A stretch of 63,047 bases of DNA, filler included, from Octopus bimaculoides (Eukaryota), in the NCBI RefSeq assembly GCF_001194135.2. It is 5 parts of 5 records of this genome, joined end to end, with 100 filler letters (N's around TTAATTAATTAA, not from the genome) between each part and the next. Parts side by side here need not be neighbours in the genome. Positions count along the whole stretch, not along the records: positions 1 to 19,259 come from NC_068983.1; 4 more parts are not named here. One strand, 5' to 3'. Positions 1-12,149 of the stretch are shown one piece after another (the first letter of the stretch is position 1; each line of letters begins with the position of its first letter). Under the pieces are notes generated by a model, which was not told the origin of the DNA, ran no database searches, and saw nothing but the letters and a program-made list of their open reading frames with translations. A program made the position numbers and the translations under genes.

Positions 1-519
1 GTGCAAATTCCCCAAAATGATAAGTTTAAGGCATCCAAATGCTGCAACCAGCTCCTATGTATGCTCTTTTTTCAGCTTCAAGCCCCATGTGAAATCAAAC
101 GACCGGTCCTCATCAAAGCCAAAAGTGCGTTCTCTCCACCTTTCATAGAATTTGCTGAATGAAAGCACTTTTTTTTCTCCGCCTTCAAACCTTCCGCTTC
201 GAATAGTACTTAATTAGATTACTGTCGGTCGGTAAAGACCATGACCTCTGTCCTTTCAACCTCGTCCGCCTGTTTTACTAAAATTACAAGACAGAGGGAA
301 ATTTTCTATCCTTCCCTGTTGAAGAAATATAACTGGACGAGTTTCACAAAAGGACTCAGTGAAAAACCGTAGTACACGTAATAAGAACTTATTCTCCATA
401 ACACCATAGGCCAACACACCATGGAAATTTACTAAATGCGTAGAAGATAGTTTCCTCGTTCGCATTCGTTCTCAACATGAACATGACTGTTAAACGTACG
501 ATCGCACTTGAAAAATTTC

Positions 520-1520
520 TGCCTTCCTGGCCAAGGGTTTCTGGAAACTATTCAAAAACCCTAGCCTGAGATTATGCGGAAAAGGCTGTTTAGAACATTC
601 TTATCAATGCCCAGGATATTTCCAAGGACGTCATTCATATCCTTCTCTAACCATCTACAGAATATAAGAACTTACATCCCGTCGACCGCATTGCTCATTG
701 GTAGCGCCTGCAAGCGCCTGGCAATTACAAGTGCCTGGCACTGCAAGTGCCTGGCAATACGTCTATCCTGGGGTGAATTTGACCCACGACTGCAGATCGG
801 TTAAATACATGAAATATGGGAACGCATGTTTGATAAACGGTATCCATACTTACTTACTACGTGTTTTGGTAACAGTTGGTCCTTCTGCTTAGAGCGAAAA
901 GCATTCGTTCCAATCTTGTCAAGTATTCTGTGGGATAAGTTATGGTTTTAGATAGTAAGACATCACTGAAGCGATGCAGAGACATCAAATGTTGTTGATT
1001 TTTCTAGCGCTCAGCTTGTTGTCTAGTTTATCTAATATTTCAGATGATGTTGTCGACTTTTCATACTACTTTCATTCTCTAATGATATGAGTGGCAAACC
1101 GATGAGATAAAGCACAAATAAATTTCGTCTCCAATTCACTGTTCTCACAAAATAGTTGGGCAAACAACTGGAAACCACATCTAGCACTTTCAAATCTAAA
1201 ACAACGCGTCCCTGCGACTCGTCAAATATTTTATGGTAGATTTGTTACCATACCATCATACCTCTTACAACTAACTCTATAGAGTTGCTTAAGTATCTTC
1301 ATGCGCCAGAGCACGTGCCTTTCTAGTACACATGCCTTTGAGTTATGAATCGAAGAAATTTTCAAGGATCGTTCTCGTCACAAATACATTGACTGCTATA
1401 TTTCTCCTACTAGATCTTTATTAAGTCTTTCCACTAACTCAATTTAATCCAGAGTCTCTTGACGCTGAGGGATATTTTTTCTCATCGTCATAAAACTATA
1501 AATTATGTAAGGTAGGAATA
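520..1520 (+). mobile_element. Possible decayed Penelope-like element (GIY-YIG end)
   Basis: Frame fragment HCSHKIVGQTT near 1140-1175 resembles the GIY-YIG 'C..YVGQT' motif; many stops; weak. Confidence 0.25.
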
Positions 1521-1603
1521 TCATACTCCTCCAGACTTATGCAGTCTTGTACCTATGGCAGAAGTAATTATTATAACAATTACACTCCCAATAATAATTA
1601 ATG

Positions 1604-1809
1604 TTGGTTCCAAATTTTGGCACACGGCTAGCAATTTCGGAGGAAGGGTAAGTGGACCCAGTACTCAACTGGTACTTGTTTTATTGATACCCGAAAGAAT
1701 GAAAGGCAAAGTCGACCTCGGCGGAATGTGAACTCAGAACGTAAAGACGGACGAAATGCCAGTAAGCATTTTATCCGGCGTGCTAATGTGTTTGCCAGCT
1801 CACCGCCTT
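1604..1809 (-). mobile_element. SINE family C copy
   Basis: Shares AAAGGCAAAGTCGACCTCGGCGGAAT-TGAACTCAGAAC and the box A/B-like head with many copies in the window. Confidence 0.85.
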
Positions 1810-1825
1810 AAGAATAATTAACATG

Positions 1826-2035
1826 GCTGTTGTTATCGTTGTTTAACCCTGGGTCATACCTGATCAAGAGAGCTATAATCAAAGAGTATTCTAACCTTGA
1901 CCATCCCCTTTTATTTCCTATGTGCAGGGAACCAATAACCACATTGATCAACATGTCTTTTTGGGGGATTATAGGGTGTGATTCGGTGAAGATTTAGCTG
2001 CTATTTCCAGCAGGTCAAGCAACAACTTACTCCCC
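1826..2035. repeat. Dispersed repeat family E
   Basis: TTTAACCC-GGGTCA..CTGATC-AG-AG..CTATRATCAAAG recurs at 2422-2482 and, diverged, at 24060-24145. Confidence 0.5.
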
Positions 2036-2544
2036 ACTTCTGTCTCGTTTATTTTTGTAATAATAAATCTATGTGAAACTTCAGTCTGAATAACCTTGAA
2101 AAAGACATTAAAAGTTAACTCTCTTTGGCACAAAGCATTAAAACAGCTGTAAAATTAATTTTATGGTGAAATGAATTTGCATTAGAGATTGTTACTGTTA
2201 CAATAAAAGGAGTTTGGTTTCATTCCCAATAGTTAACGTTAATTTATTACCAATATTCAACAGTCTTTATTCTCAGTGCAACATACGCTGTTGCTGAGCT
2301 TTCAGTGTACATGCAACAAGTTTTTCTTTGCCAGACAAATATATACTTAGTTTTATCTGCTTAGACATGTTTATAAATGTAAACGTACGTGTCTCACTTT
2401 CTATATCTATGTATGAGCACTATTTAACCTAGGGTCAGCTCTGATCGAGCAGATCTATGATCAAAGACGTTTAAGCCGTGATTTTTAATTATTTATTTTA
2501 ATCTTTTAATCAGGAGTGAAAGCACTGCTCATGATCCGTAACAG

Positions 2545-2806
2545 GGCCTCTGAGACTGATGGGAAGAAAGCAGGAAGAAGGTGTCTTCAAACTGGTGACC
2601 TGTCTCGAATACTTGTAAGAGAGTGAGCTCCACTAAAGGCATCCAAAGGCATCCATCCACCACTTTGGATTGCAACTCTTTCATCGACCTCGAAAGGATG
2701 AACGGTTAACATGACCTCAGCATGATTTGAACTCAGAGTGGAGAGAGTCGAAACAAATACCACATTCAGTCCGACGCTGTAATGACTCGGCCAATTCGCT
2801 GCCTTC
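2545..2806 (-). mobile_element. C-related SINE with a different 3' tail
   Basis: ATCGACCTCGAAAGGATGAA...TTTGAACTCAGAGT core; tail unlike other C copies. Confidence 0.55.
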
Positions 2807-2819
2807 CTGTTATTCCAGT

Positions 2820-3012
2820 ATATCCTTTCTACTATAGGCACAAGGTTCGAAATTTTATTGGAAGGGGTCTAATCGAATATATCGACCCCTAGTACTCAAC
2901 TAGTACTTATTTTATCAACCTCGGTGGAATTTGAACTCAGAACGTAAAGGTGGATGAAATATTGCTAAGCATTTTATCCTGCGTGCTAACGATTCAGCCA
3001 ACTCGTCACCGT
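2820..3012 (-). mobile_element. SINE family C copy
   Basis: Same core, internal deletion, ATCCTTTCTACTATAGGCACAAGG tail. Confidence 0.85.
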
Positions 3013-3019
3013 AAATTAT

Positions 3020-3457
3020 CTACACAAGCAGGAGAATCCTATGTCTCTGGCGATTGACCTAATTAACTTGGAAGGGACCGTTGTCAATCATGGCCTGGAT
3101 CTCACCAACAAATTCAGGAGTTCGTTTTTAATCAGAATGATCAGAGTGAGTTTTCCGAGCTGCCGTACCTTCGTAATCACCATTAAACTCATCCAACTCT
3201 TTCCGAGTCCTCTGCACTGTCCTCAGATTGACACCCAAACACTCTGAAATGTTCGCATTGAAGCTTCCGGCGCGAATGCCAAGCAGCAAAGCATGTCGTT
3301 TCCAAATTTCTGGGAGAGTGAATTGCGTCACGGTGCTGTTTTTCTCACAAACGGTGCTCAACTGTGACCCTACTATGCTGTGCAGTCGACAAAATCCAAA
3401 ATGCACATACGCGAAATTAGAAATATTAAATTGCGATAATTTACCCATCCCACCCTG
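3020..3457 (-). mobile_element. Tc1/mariner (maT-like) 5' fragment with TIR
   Basis: Peptide LPEIWKRHALLLGIRAG...CLGVNLRTVQRTRKEL (HTH N-terminus); terminus CAGGGTGGGATGGGTAAATT next to TA at 3458-3459. Confidence 0.75.
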
Positions 3458-3689
3458 TATATATATGTGTGTGTGTNNNNNNNNNNGCATTGAAGCTTCC
3501 GGCGCGAATGCCAAGCAGCAAAGCATGTCGTTTCCAAATTTCTGGGAGAGTGAATTGCGTCACGGTGCTGTTTTTCTCACAAACGGTGCTCAACTGTGAC
3601 CCTACTATGCTGTGCAGTCGACAAAATCCAAAATGCACATACGCGAAATTAGAAATATTAAATTGCGATAATTTACCCATCCCACCCTG

Positions 3690-3782
<93 letters not shown>

Positions 3783-3954
3783 ACATATATACAAATAAAT
3801 ACATACATATATATATATATATAGAGAGAGAGGGGGGGAGTGATCTGTATCATACTATATGTATGCCCTCTGTTAGACCAGTTACTGTAGTATTTGATAT
3901 ATAGTGTGACGGTTATTTCAATCAAATTCTGCCTAACTTACGTATACCGGGTAC

Positions 3955-3994
<40 letters not shown>

Positions 3995-4313
3995 TTGTGG
4001 TTTGCGTATTGCGCTAGTGCGTTGTGTTCTCGAACAAAACGCTTCACTTCATGTTGCTCTGTGACCATTTCAACGTCTGACGGATCGAAGTGGTCGTGCA
4101 CTGTATGCCTGTACATATAACGCCGATTTGAGCTAATATACAACGCAAACATTTGGTCACTATAAACAAACCAACAGTGCAGGTTGTTCACCAAGATGCT
4201 GCAGTACTCCCAACCGTCATAAATGACAGAAGAATCCGCCAAATATAATTTTATCTTCTCGGATTTGCTATCAATTGTCTACCTCACCGGACTTTTCCTC
4301 AATATTGTCCAGT

Positions 4314-4537
4314 ATACTCTTTACTCTTTTACTCTTTTATTTGTTTCAGTCATTTGACTGCGGCCATGCTGGAGCACCGCCTTTAGTCGAGCACATCGAC
4401 CCCAGGACTTATTCTTTGTAAGCCTAGTACTTATTCTATCGGTCTCTTTTGCCGAACCGCTAAGTTACGGGGACATAAACACACTACCGTCGGTTGTCAA
4501 GCGATGTTGGGGGACAAACACAGACACACAAACACAC

Positions 4538-4587
<50 letters not shown>

Positions 4588-4740
4588 GACAGGCTTCTTT
4601 CAGTTTCCGTCTACCAAATCCACTGACAAGGCTTTGGTCGGCCCGAGGCTATAGTAGAAGACACTTGCCCAAGGTGCCACGCAGTGGGACTGAACCCGGA
4701 ACCATGTGGTTGGTAAGCAAGCTACTTACCACACAGCCAC
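4314..4740 (-). mobile_element. SINE family D with internal (CA/TA)n microsatellite
   Basis: Head GTGGCTGTGTGGTAAGTAGCTTG...GGTTCAGTCCC; tail (AAAAGAGT)n; near-identical to 31912-32353 and 55776-56098. Confidence 0.9.
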
Positions 4741-7349
4741 AATAATTTATTTATTATTTTTTATTAGTGTTTTATTGGAATTACTTTTTTCAAGTGTTTC
4801 TCTAATTTCTCTCCATTTTTCCATTACTTTTGTCTTAATTTTCTCTATGTTCTTTCCTTTCGCTGAATTCTCTACTTCATTTTTCGCATTTCTTCTTTTA
4901 ACAAATTCAAACCATTGTACTTTGTGACACTTTGGTGTTTCGGTATATAAATCATTACAATTCTTTAGTTAATTAACACACAATAATAGCGTTAATAGGT
5001 TCGTCTATCACTAATTGCTTACATTCATTTTACGCCCACCTAAAATAGGTATAAAGTTTTGTTAGATAAATTATTTCAATATCAACAAGGATAAAGATCA
5101 AACGCTTTCTCATTTTCATCTAAAACAAGAATTGCAGAGTTGATGCTAATACTAGAAAGGTAATTATTTTTAAAAGACTCACTTAAAACATTGATAAATG
5201 CTTGCTCTATGCTGTTTCTGATGTTCAGATTCAAGATAAATCAAGAGGTTGTCCTGGAAAATGAATCAGGCATTAAGTAGAAATTAAGATCAATCTGACG
5301 GTCATTGATTGGAATTAAGTCTGCCAACATGTAGTTCTTAAATACTTCCACTAATATCTTGGGCAATTAGACGGAGCAGAAATTACAACCAAAATTAACG
5401 AATGATAGTTTTCGTGCCGCAAAAGTTATGTTGGGAGAATCATAAGTGAGATAATGGTCTCTGGAAGCTGTGAACTTATCAAAAGCAGAAGACTTTTAAT
5501 TTCCACGTTGAGGCTGTCATCAGTGCTCCAGGATTCATCATTTGTCAAACATGGAAAAAACTTACAACGACGAATTAGGAAATAGTTATAAGATTCTTAA
5601 CTATTCAATAAATGTCGTAAATCCAAAGCGTATAAAAGCTAGTTCAAGGCTATGAACAGAACAAGACATTATATGATCGAGGACTATCTAGAAGAATTTA
5701 TGAAGATTCAGCAGTTTGCTGATGAAGCGTTTTTTCATTTGTGGATCAATTCGCTACTAACACTTGTTTGTTCATTCTATTTTTAAAAAGTAATTTCCAT
5801 AGATTTTTTTTTTTAAGGTGGAAATATGTGTTGATATTTACTCTTTGTGACATTAAAAGGGAAATTGGAGGATACTAGTGATGGTACTCCTCACTTTATT
5901 CAACAAATTTCTCTCTCTCTCTCTCTTTCCTAGAATCGCCAGATACCTCTCTTTCCAAGGCATACGAACTTACATTTTACGATTTTTTTTAATTGTACGC
6001 AACGCCTTTCCGTTGTACTAGTGGAAGTATTTGAATTCGGTGAAATACGTGCCAAGACCAACACAGCGTAGTCCCAGCGACAGAATACAAACAGAGTATC
6101 CTCAAATCGGTAAGCCTACGTGCTACCATGTCGTTGAGATTTTAGTCCTCTTAAAAGGGTTATGAAAGCAGGAAGGCGAGGAACAAGTAAAACAAAGTGC
6201 GTAAAATGGACATCTTAATATATGAAAACATTTACAGTAAACAAAGAAAATAAAAGAGACCCTCAAACGAAAACGAAGATAAAATAAACTAAATAAAACG
6301 AGAGAAAACACAATTTTATGAGATCCAAGATAAATATGAATTCATAGCTGGTCGACAGGGGAGCTAAATTGCTTCTCCAGTGGTCCAAACTCTTCTAAAA
6401 TCACTAAAACTTAGTGGTGTAGATATCGAAATATCGACTATCCTGATATTAAGATCAATTCATGCATCACCGACCCGGAATGGATAAAAAAAGCAAAGTC
6501 GGTGTCGTGGGAATTTCAAGTTAGAACATATCTATCTAACCTGATGTTTTACTGTCTTCTGGGTATCTTTTTTTAAATTTTAATAGAGAAGGGCAAAAGA
6601 CAGGATAAATCTCTTAATTGAGTATTGCAAAAACGGGGTAACTCTTCACTATGTGAGCGTGTACCAATGTAACATTTTCAGATAATTCCTTCTTCATGCT
6701 CTCTTCCTTCACTGACTTGGTCGAGTCCTCTCACACGAAGTATTTTCTTAACTCTTTAAGTGCGAAATTAAATTTCTTGGTCATTCTGATGATGATGTTA
6801 AATCTCTACAAAACAAAACAAAAAATAGAAGTGATATTTTCGTATTTTCTGCAAGTCATTTGGCTCAATAAACTTTGTATTTCTCAACAGAAAGTATATC
6901 ATTCCTCAGCAAAAGATAGATTGGTGCATAAAAATGCTTTCCGCAATTAAGTGCAACGAAATTTTGAATGTAAATATCTGACTTCCACAGTAAAACAGTT
7001 AAAGCTTTTCTATTTTTATATCTTTAAAATGTGGTACAGCCGAATGTGGTACAGAGTGCTTCTTTCATTCGTTTTCTTTCTGTGCCTGTAGAAAATAGTG
7101 ATTGGAGTTATGAGTGCCCACTTATATTTGGATCAAAAGGGAAGATAAATGATATTCATATTGTTAATATGAAAAACATTTTGTCGGAAGTTAGTGTATT
7201 GGTGAATATATAAGACGGAAAATAATATCTTGTAACAGACAAATGTAAATATTTTCTAAAGCGTAGGCGCTTATGAATTGCAGGTTAACTACATTAAATT
7301 TATCGTGCTAGTTTATTTGTATGTATATCTAAATGTATATGCATGTATA

Positions 7350-7530
7350 TATCTTTTATCGCATTTCTTTCAATCATTGGACTCTAGCCATACTGGGGTG
7401 CCATTCTGAAGGGTTTTCGTCAAATAGATGGACCTCAGTACCTACCTTTTTAGGTCTCGTACTTACTCCATCGGTCTCTTTTGCCGAAACGCTAAGTTAC
7501 GGGGACGCAAACAAAACAGCACTAATTGTC
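7350..7530 (-). mobile_element. SINE family D 3' fragment
   Basis: CGGTCTCTTTTGCCGAAACGCTAAGTTACGGGGAC match. Confidence 0.75.
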
Positions 7531-8083
7531 TAGGAGTGGACGAAATCCTGAAGGTCGTACTGGCGTGAAACTCGAGTCGCGAGAAAAGCTCTCGGCTTCA
7601 GTTTTAATGGGGGAAAAACATACCCTTATCAACAAGAACTGAACACTCCTCTCTCATTTATCGGATATTGACCAACGTAAGTAATATATATTCGTATATA
7701 TTCGCTNNNNNNNNNNNNNNNNNNNNNNNNNNNNNNNNNNNNNNNNNNNNNNNNNNNNNNNNNNNNNNNNNNNNNNNNNNNNNNNNNNNNNNNNNNNNNN
7801 NNNNNNNNNNNNNNNNNNNNNNNNNNNNNNNNNNNNNNNNNNNNNNNNNNNNNNNNNNNNNNNNNNNNNNNNNNNNNNNNNNNNNNNNNNNNNNNNNNNN
7901 NNNNNNNNNNNNNNNNNNNNNNNNNNNNNNNNNNNNNNNNNNNNNNNNNNNNNNNNNNNNNNNNNNNNNNNNNNNNNNNNNNNNNNNNNNNNNNNNNNNN
8001 NNNNNNNNNNNNNNNNNNNNNNNNNNNNNNNNNNNNNNNNNNNNNNNNNNNNNNNNNNNNNNNNNNNNNNNNNNNNNNNNNNN

Positions 8084-9363
8084 CAGGAGTTGGACAAAAT
8101 AATGGAAACACTTAGCATCATAACATCATAATTTTGAAATATCTATAAAACCGCCAAAAGCTTGTTTATTTTTATGTTTTTTGATTTACTATTGGTGTTG
8201 CTTAATATGTTTTGTTAAAATTGCTGTTCCTTTTCAGACATCATCAGAAAAAAGTAATTAAAATTCATTAAAATGACAGATCTATCGGACTTTCAAAGAG
8301 GTCAAATTGTTGGTGTTTGTATGGCAGGCGCTAGCGTAACGAAAACAGCCGAAAAGTTTGGTGTATCAAGTACTGTCTTGAAAGTAATGACTGGCTTTGA
8401 GAAAGAGGAAAATATCTCCTCGTCGAAACAAAACTCCGGAAGAAAACCAAAACTTTCAGATAGGGACCTTTGGACACTTACGCGAATTGTTAGAAAGGAT
8501 CACAAAAGTACAGCACCAAAAATCCCTGCAGAGCTTAATGACCACCTCGAGAACACAATTTCCACAAAAACTGTTCGCCGGGAGCTGCACTAAGCCGGAT
8601 TTCACGGGAGGGCTGCAATCAGAAAACCACTACTTTCAAAAACAAACGTTGCAAAGCGTTTAGAGTGGAGTAAAAAACTACAGAATTGGTCACTAGAACA
8701 GTGGAAGAATGTTATTTTCTCGGACGAGTCGTCTTTTATCTTATTGCGACTACCAGCCTACTATACGCGTGGAGATAGCCAAAAGAAACATTTGACCCAA
8801 ACTGCATTCTTCCAATTGTTAACCATGGAGGGTGATCTGTGATGATCTGGGGGGCTGTATCTTAGAAATCTGCAGGCACAATGATTTCCCTTCATGGCAG
8901 AGTTAATAGTCAAGACTATTTAAGCATTTTATCTGATCAAATTCATCCTATGATTGCGGAACTGTTTCCGGAGGAAAACGCAATCTTTCAGGATGATAAT
9001 GCACCAATTCACACAGCTAAAGTTGTTACTGAATGGCACGAGAAACATTCTAATGAAGTTGAACATCTTATCTGGCCACCACAGTCCCCAGATCTCAATA
9101 TTACTGAACATTTACGGTGCATTTTAGAAAAAAAAGTAAGGGGTCGATATCCTCCACCATCATCACTACAAGGACTGGAAACTATTTTAGCTGAAGAATG
9201 GACAAAAATTCCTTTGGAATCAATTCAAACTTTGTACGAGTCCATACCTCGTAGAATTGAAGCTGTAATTACTGCCAAAGGTGGTCCTACCCCATATTAA
9301 AATAAATTTGTTTGAAATTTTAAGGTGTTTGCATTATTTTGCCATTATTTTTTCCAACCCCCG
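8084..9363 (+). mobile_element. Tc1-like DNA transposon with DD36E triad (Incomer-type), defective
   Basis: TIRs CAGGAGTTGGACAAAATAATGGAAACAC / GTGTTTGCATTATTTT..TCCAACCCCCG followed by TA; left flank lies in an N gap. Confidence 0.92.
8273..9300 (+). pseudogene. Tc1-like transposase pseudogene
   Basis: MTDLSDFQRGQIVG HTH, SGRKPKL, FSDES, FQDDNAPIH, WPPQSPDLNITE, C-terminal KGGPTPY; stop at 8591-8593 plus further stops/frameshift before 8881. Confidence 0.92.
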
Positions 9364-9374
9364 TATATACACAC

Positions 9375-9418
<44 letters not shown>

Positions 9419-9453
9419 NNNNNNNNNNNNNNNNNNNNNNNNNNNNNNNNNNN

Positions 9454-9527
<74 letters not shown>

Positions 9528-9844
9528 CAATGGGATTCGCCCTATGGAATGAAAGATAACTCGACTGACTTTACGAGCTCATCAGAAGAATTTAGTCTAT
9601 CCAATTTAGAGGGAGAGCAAGAAAAATACAGACAGAAAGAGCGAAATGGGTGGAGGAAGAGAGAAAACGAGAGAATGTTTAATGATGATCAACAAGCACT
9701 GTTTTTATTCATTTTCACACAAGTACATTTACTGTCGTGGCATCTTAGTTAACTCAAATACTCCTGAGATTCGGCAACCGATGGCTGCCACTGATTTCTA
9801 CAGCGACAGGCATGGCTATGAAGATAAGAATTTTTACTTCGCAA

Positions 9845-9970
9845 ACGCGTGGCTTTGGGTTCATTCTCACTGCGTGCCACCCTAGGCAAATGTCTCCTAC
9901 TATTGCCTCGGACCAGTCAATGCCTTGTGAATTGAATTTGTTGACAGAAACTGTGTAGAAGCCCGTGGTT
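9845..9970 (+). mobile_element. SINE family D 5' fragment
   Basis: GGGTTCATTCTCACTGCGTGCCACCCTAGGCAAATGTCT...GAAGCCCGT matches the D head. Confidence 0.7.
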
Positions 9971-9975
9971 TATAT

Positions 9976-10024
<49 letters not shown>

Positions 10025-10266
10025 CAAGAGTTACGGAATGGAGTAGGAAAGATCCGGGCTACATATGTATCATAGCGAGCGGAACCTCAAAAGTGGTAAA
10101 ATCCAAGTGAGATGTATACCACCGGATATTCTTCAGGCCAAGGGTATCTTGATTAGATTAAAGGTTACATTGTTGCAAGGAGGTACATGTTGACACAGCA
10201 CCTTCATGTGATCGGCTTGAAAATTAAGATATTAACATATTTTCTTAACATGGAACCAATGGTAGC

Positions 10267-10648
10267 TTTGTTGTTGGCACTCCGTCGCTTACGACGTCGA
10301 GGGTTCCAGTTGATCCGATCAACGGAACAGCCTGCTCGTGAAATTAACGTGCAAGTGGCTGAGCACTCCACAGACACGTGTACCCTTAACGTAGTTCTCG
10401 GGGATATTCAGCGTGACACAGTGTGACAAGGCTGACCTTTTGAATTACAGGCACAACAGAAACAGGAAGAGTGAGAGAAAGTTGTGGTGAAAGAGTACAG
10501 CAGGGTTCGCCACCATTCCCTGCCGGAGCCTCGTGGAGCTTTAGGTGTTTTCGCTCAATAAACACTCACAACGCCCGGTCTGGGAATCGAAACCGCGATC
10601 CTATGACCGCTAGTCCGCTGCCCTAACCACTGGGCCATTGCGCCTCCA
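10267..10648 (-). mobile_element. Full-length SINE family A with target-site duplication
   Basis: tRNA-like head TGGAGGCGCAATGGCCCAGTGGTTAGG...GGTTTCGATTCCC; (CAA)n tail; TSD CAATGGTAGC at 10257-10266 and 10649-10658. Confidence 0.93.
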
Positions 10649-10744
10649 CAATGGTAGCCTTAATACAGAAATAAAGAAACTTTACTAATGTGTTGTTGAG
10701 CACTCATACTCATTGTTTGACATTTACGTGTGTGTGTGTGTGTT

Positions 10745-10905
10745 TGACAACCAGTGTTGACTTGTTTACATTTCCGTGGTTCGACAAAGAGACCGATAGA
10801 ATTAGTACCAGGCTTTAAAAATTCGTATGACGTCGTTCAACTACAACCCTTCAAGGTAGTGTTCCAACATGACCGCAGTCCAATGAACAGAACAAAAGTG
10901 TAAAA
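10745..10905 (+). mobile_element. SINE family D 3' fragment
   Basis: AAAGAGACCGATAGAATTAGTACCAGGC...ACATGACCGCAGTC...AAAAGAGTA. Confidence 0.7.
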
Positions 10906-11148
10906 GAGTACTGACACAGCATGTGAGGATAAGTTTGTAGATATATTTACTTCTGTACTTTTAATAAGCATGTATTTTTAATAAAATGCACTTTAAATAA
11001 ACATACGTTTAGCCTCACTGAGCAAAAGCAGTTCAACGTATTTTTCAAAAGTACTTGTAAGCTACGCTCTCATTCTTTCTTTCTCTCCTTGTAGATTGAA
11101 TATTTTTCTGAGTGGTCTATACTACTTTCTTTTGGCAGCCTGGAAGTC

Positions 11149-11207
11149 AGATGTAAACGATCTCTGATGAGTTTTTTCTGAAAGACGAAACTAGTCAGTT
11201 TGTATCT
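11149..11207 (+). ncRNA. Type I hammerhead ribozyme motif, canonical core
   Basis: CTGATGA 11164-11170; 6-bp helix II GTTTTT/AAAGAC; GAAA; palindromic helix III ACTAGT; GTC triplet; 10-bp distal helix I AGATGTAAAC/GTTTGTATCT. Confidence 0.7.
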
Positions 11208-11289
11208 CATTGCAAGATGCCGAAAGCTCATGTATTTTGACCATGAGACTTACTTTCGCACTTAGACTAAATATGTTTAAATATACATG

Positions 11290-11470
11290 TATTTTTTTCT
11301 TCTTTTTGTTTCTCTCCTTATTTCTTTCTGTGTTCCTTTCAGTTGAAGAGCATAGCTCGAAACGTCAAAGACTTTCTCTATTCTCGAGCGTTAAACTAAT
11401 ACATCCATTTGTTGTTTACACCATCTGTCTTCGTCTGTTGTTTTTTTCGTAAATTCTCCCCTACTTATTA
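11290..11470 (+). mobile_element. Short PLE-like terminal repeat with HHR-like motif
   Basis: CAGTTGA-A-GAGC ATA GCTC-GAAACGTC-AAAGA; homologous to 33750-33910, 37105-37275 and 62205-62400. Confidence 0.7.
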
Positions 11471-11538
11471 AGCATATCGATATACCCTTCGTATACATAT
11501 TTATTCAAAATCCATGCTATACTGGTATTGTAGTTAAT

Positions 11539-11748
11539 AATCCTTTCTACAACAATCACAAAATTTGAAAGAAGTAGGATGGTCTATTACATCGACCACA
11601 GTGCTCAACTAGTACTTATTTTATCAACCCCGAAAGGATGAAAGGAAAAGTCGACCACGACGGAACTTGAACTCACAACCTAAAGACGGACGAAATGTTG
11701 CTAAGCATTTGTCAAGCGTGCTAATGATTCTGCCAGTTAGCTGCCTTA
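11539..11748 (-). mobile_element. SINE family C copy
   Basis: Core match. Confidence 0.85.
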
Positions 11749-11800
11749 AGTTTTGTATTGTAGTTAAACGTTAAACTTCCACCGATGTACATATGTACCT

Positions 11801-12015
11801 TAGGGCAGCGAGCTAGCCGAATCGTTAGCATGTCGAGCAAAACGCTTAGTGGCATTTCGTCCGTCCTTACATTCTGATTTCAAATTCCGCCAGGGTTGAA
11901 TTTGCCTTTCACCCTTACGGGGTCGATAAAATAAGTACCAGTTGAGTACTGGGTCGAGGTAATCGACTTACCTCCTCCCCCGAAATTGCTGGCCATGTGT
12001 CAAAATTTGAAACCA
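11801..12015 (+). mobile_element. SINE family C copy, inverted relative to the previous copy
   Basis: GGCAGCGAGCTAGCCGAATCGTTAGC...CAAAATTTGAAACC. Confidence 0.9.
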
Positions 12016-12149
12016 AGATGTGTGTGTGCGTGCGTGTGTGTGTATGTGTGTGTGTGTGAGTGTGTGTGTGTGAGTGTGTGCGTGTGCCTTGTGTTACAAT
12101 CTTATTTACATGTTTCATAAGTAATTATTGGCTTCATTCTGTAAGGCAG

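Noticed and set aside
3255-3710. Apparent tandem duplication of the maT terminus
   Set aside because: Exact copies either side of a 10-N gap: unmerged contig overlap
5490-5530. Minus-strand CTGATGA...GAAA
   Set aside because: Helices II and III do not pair convincingly
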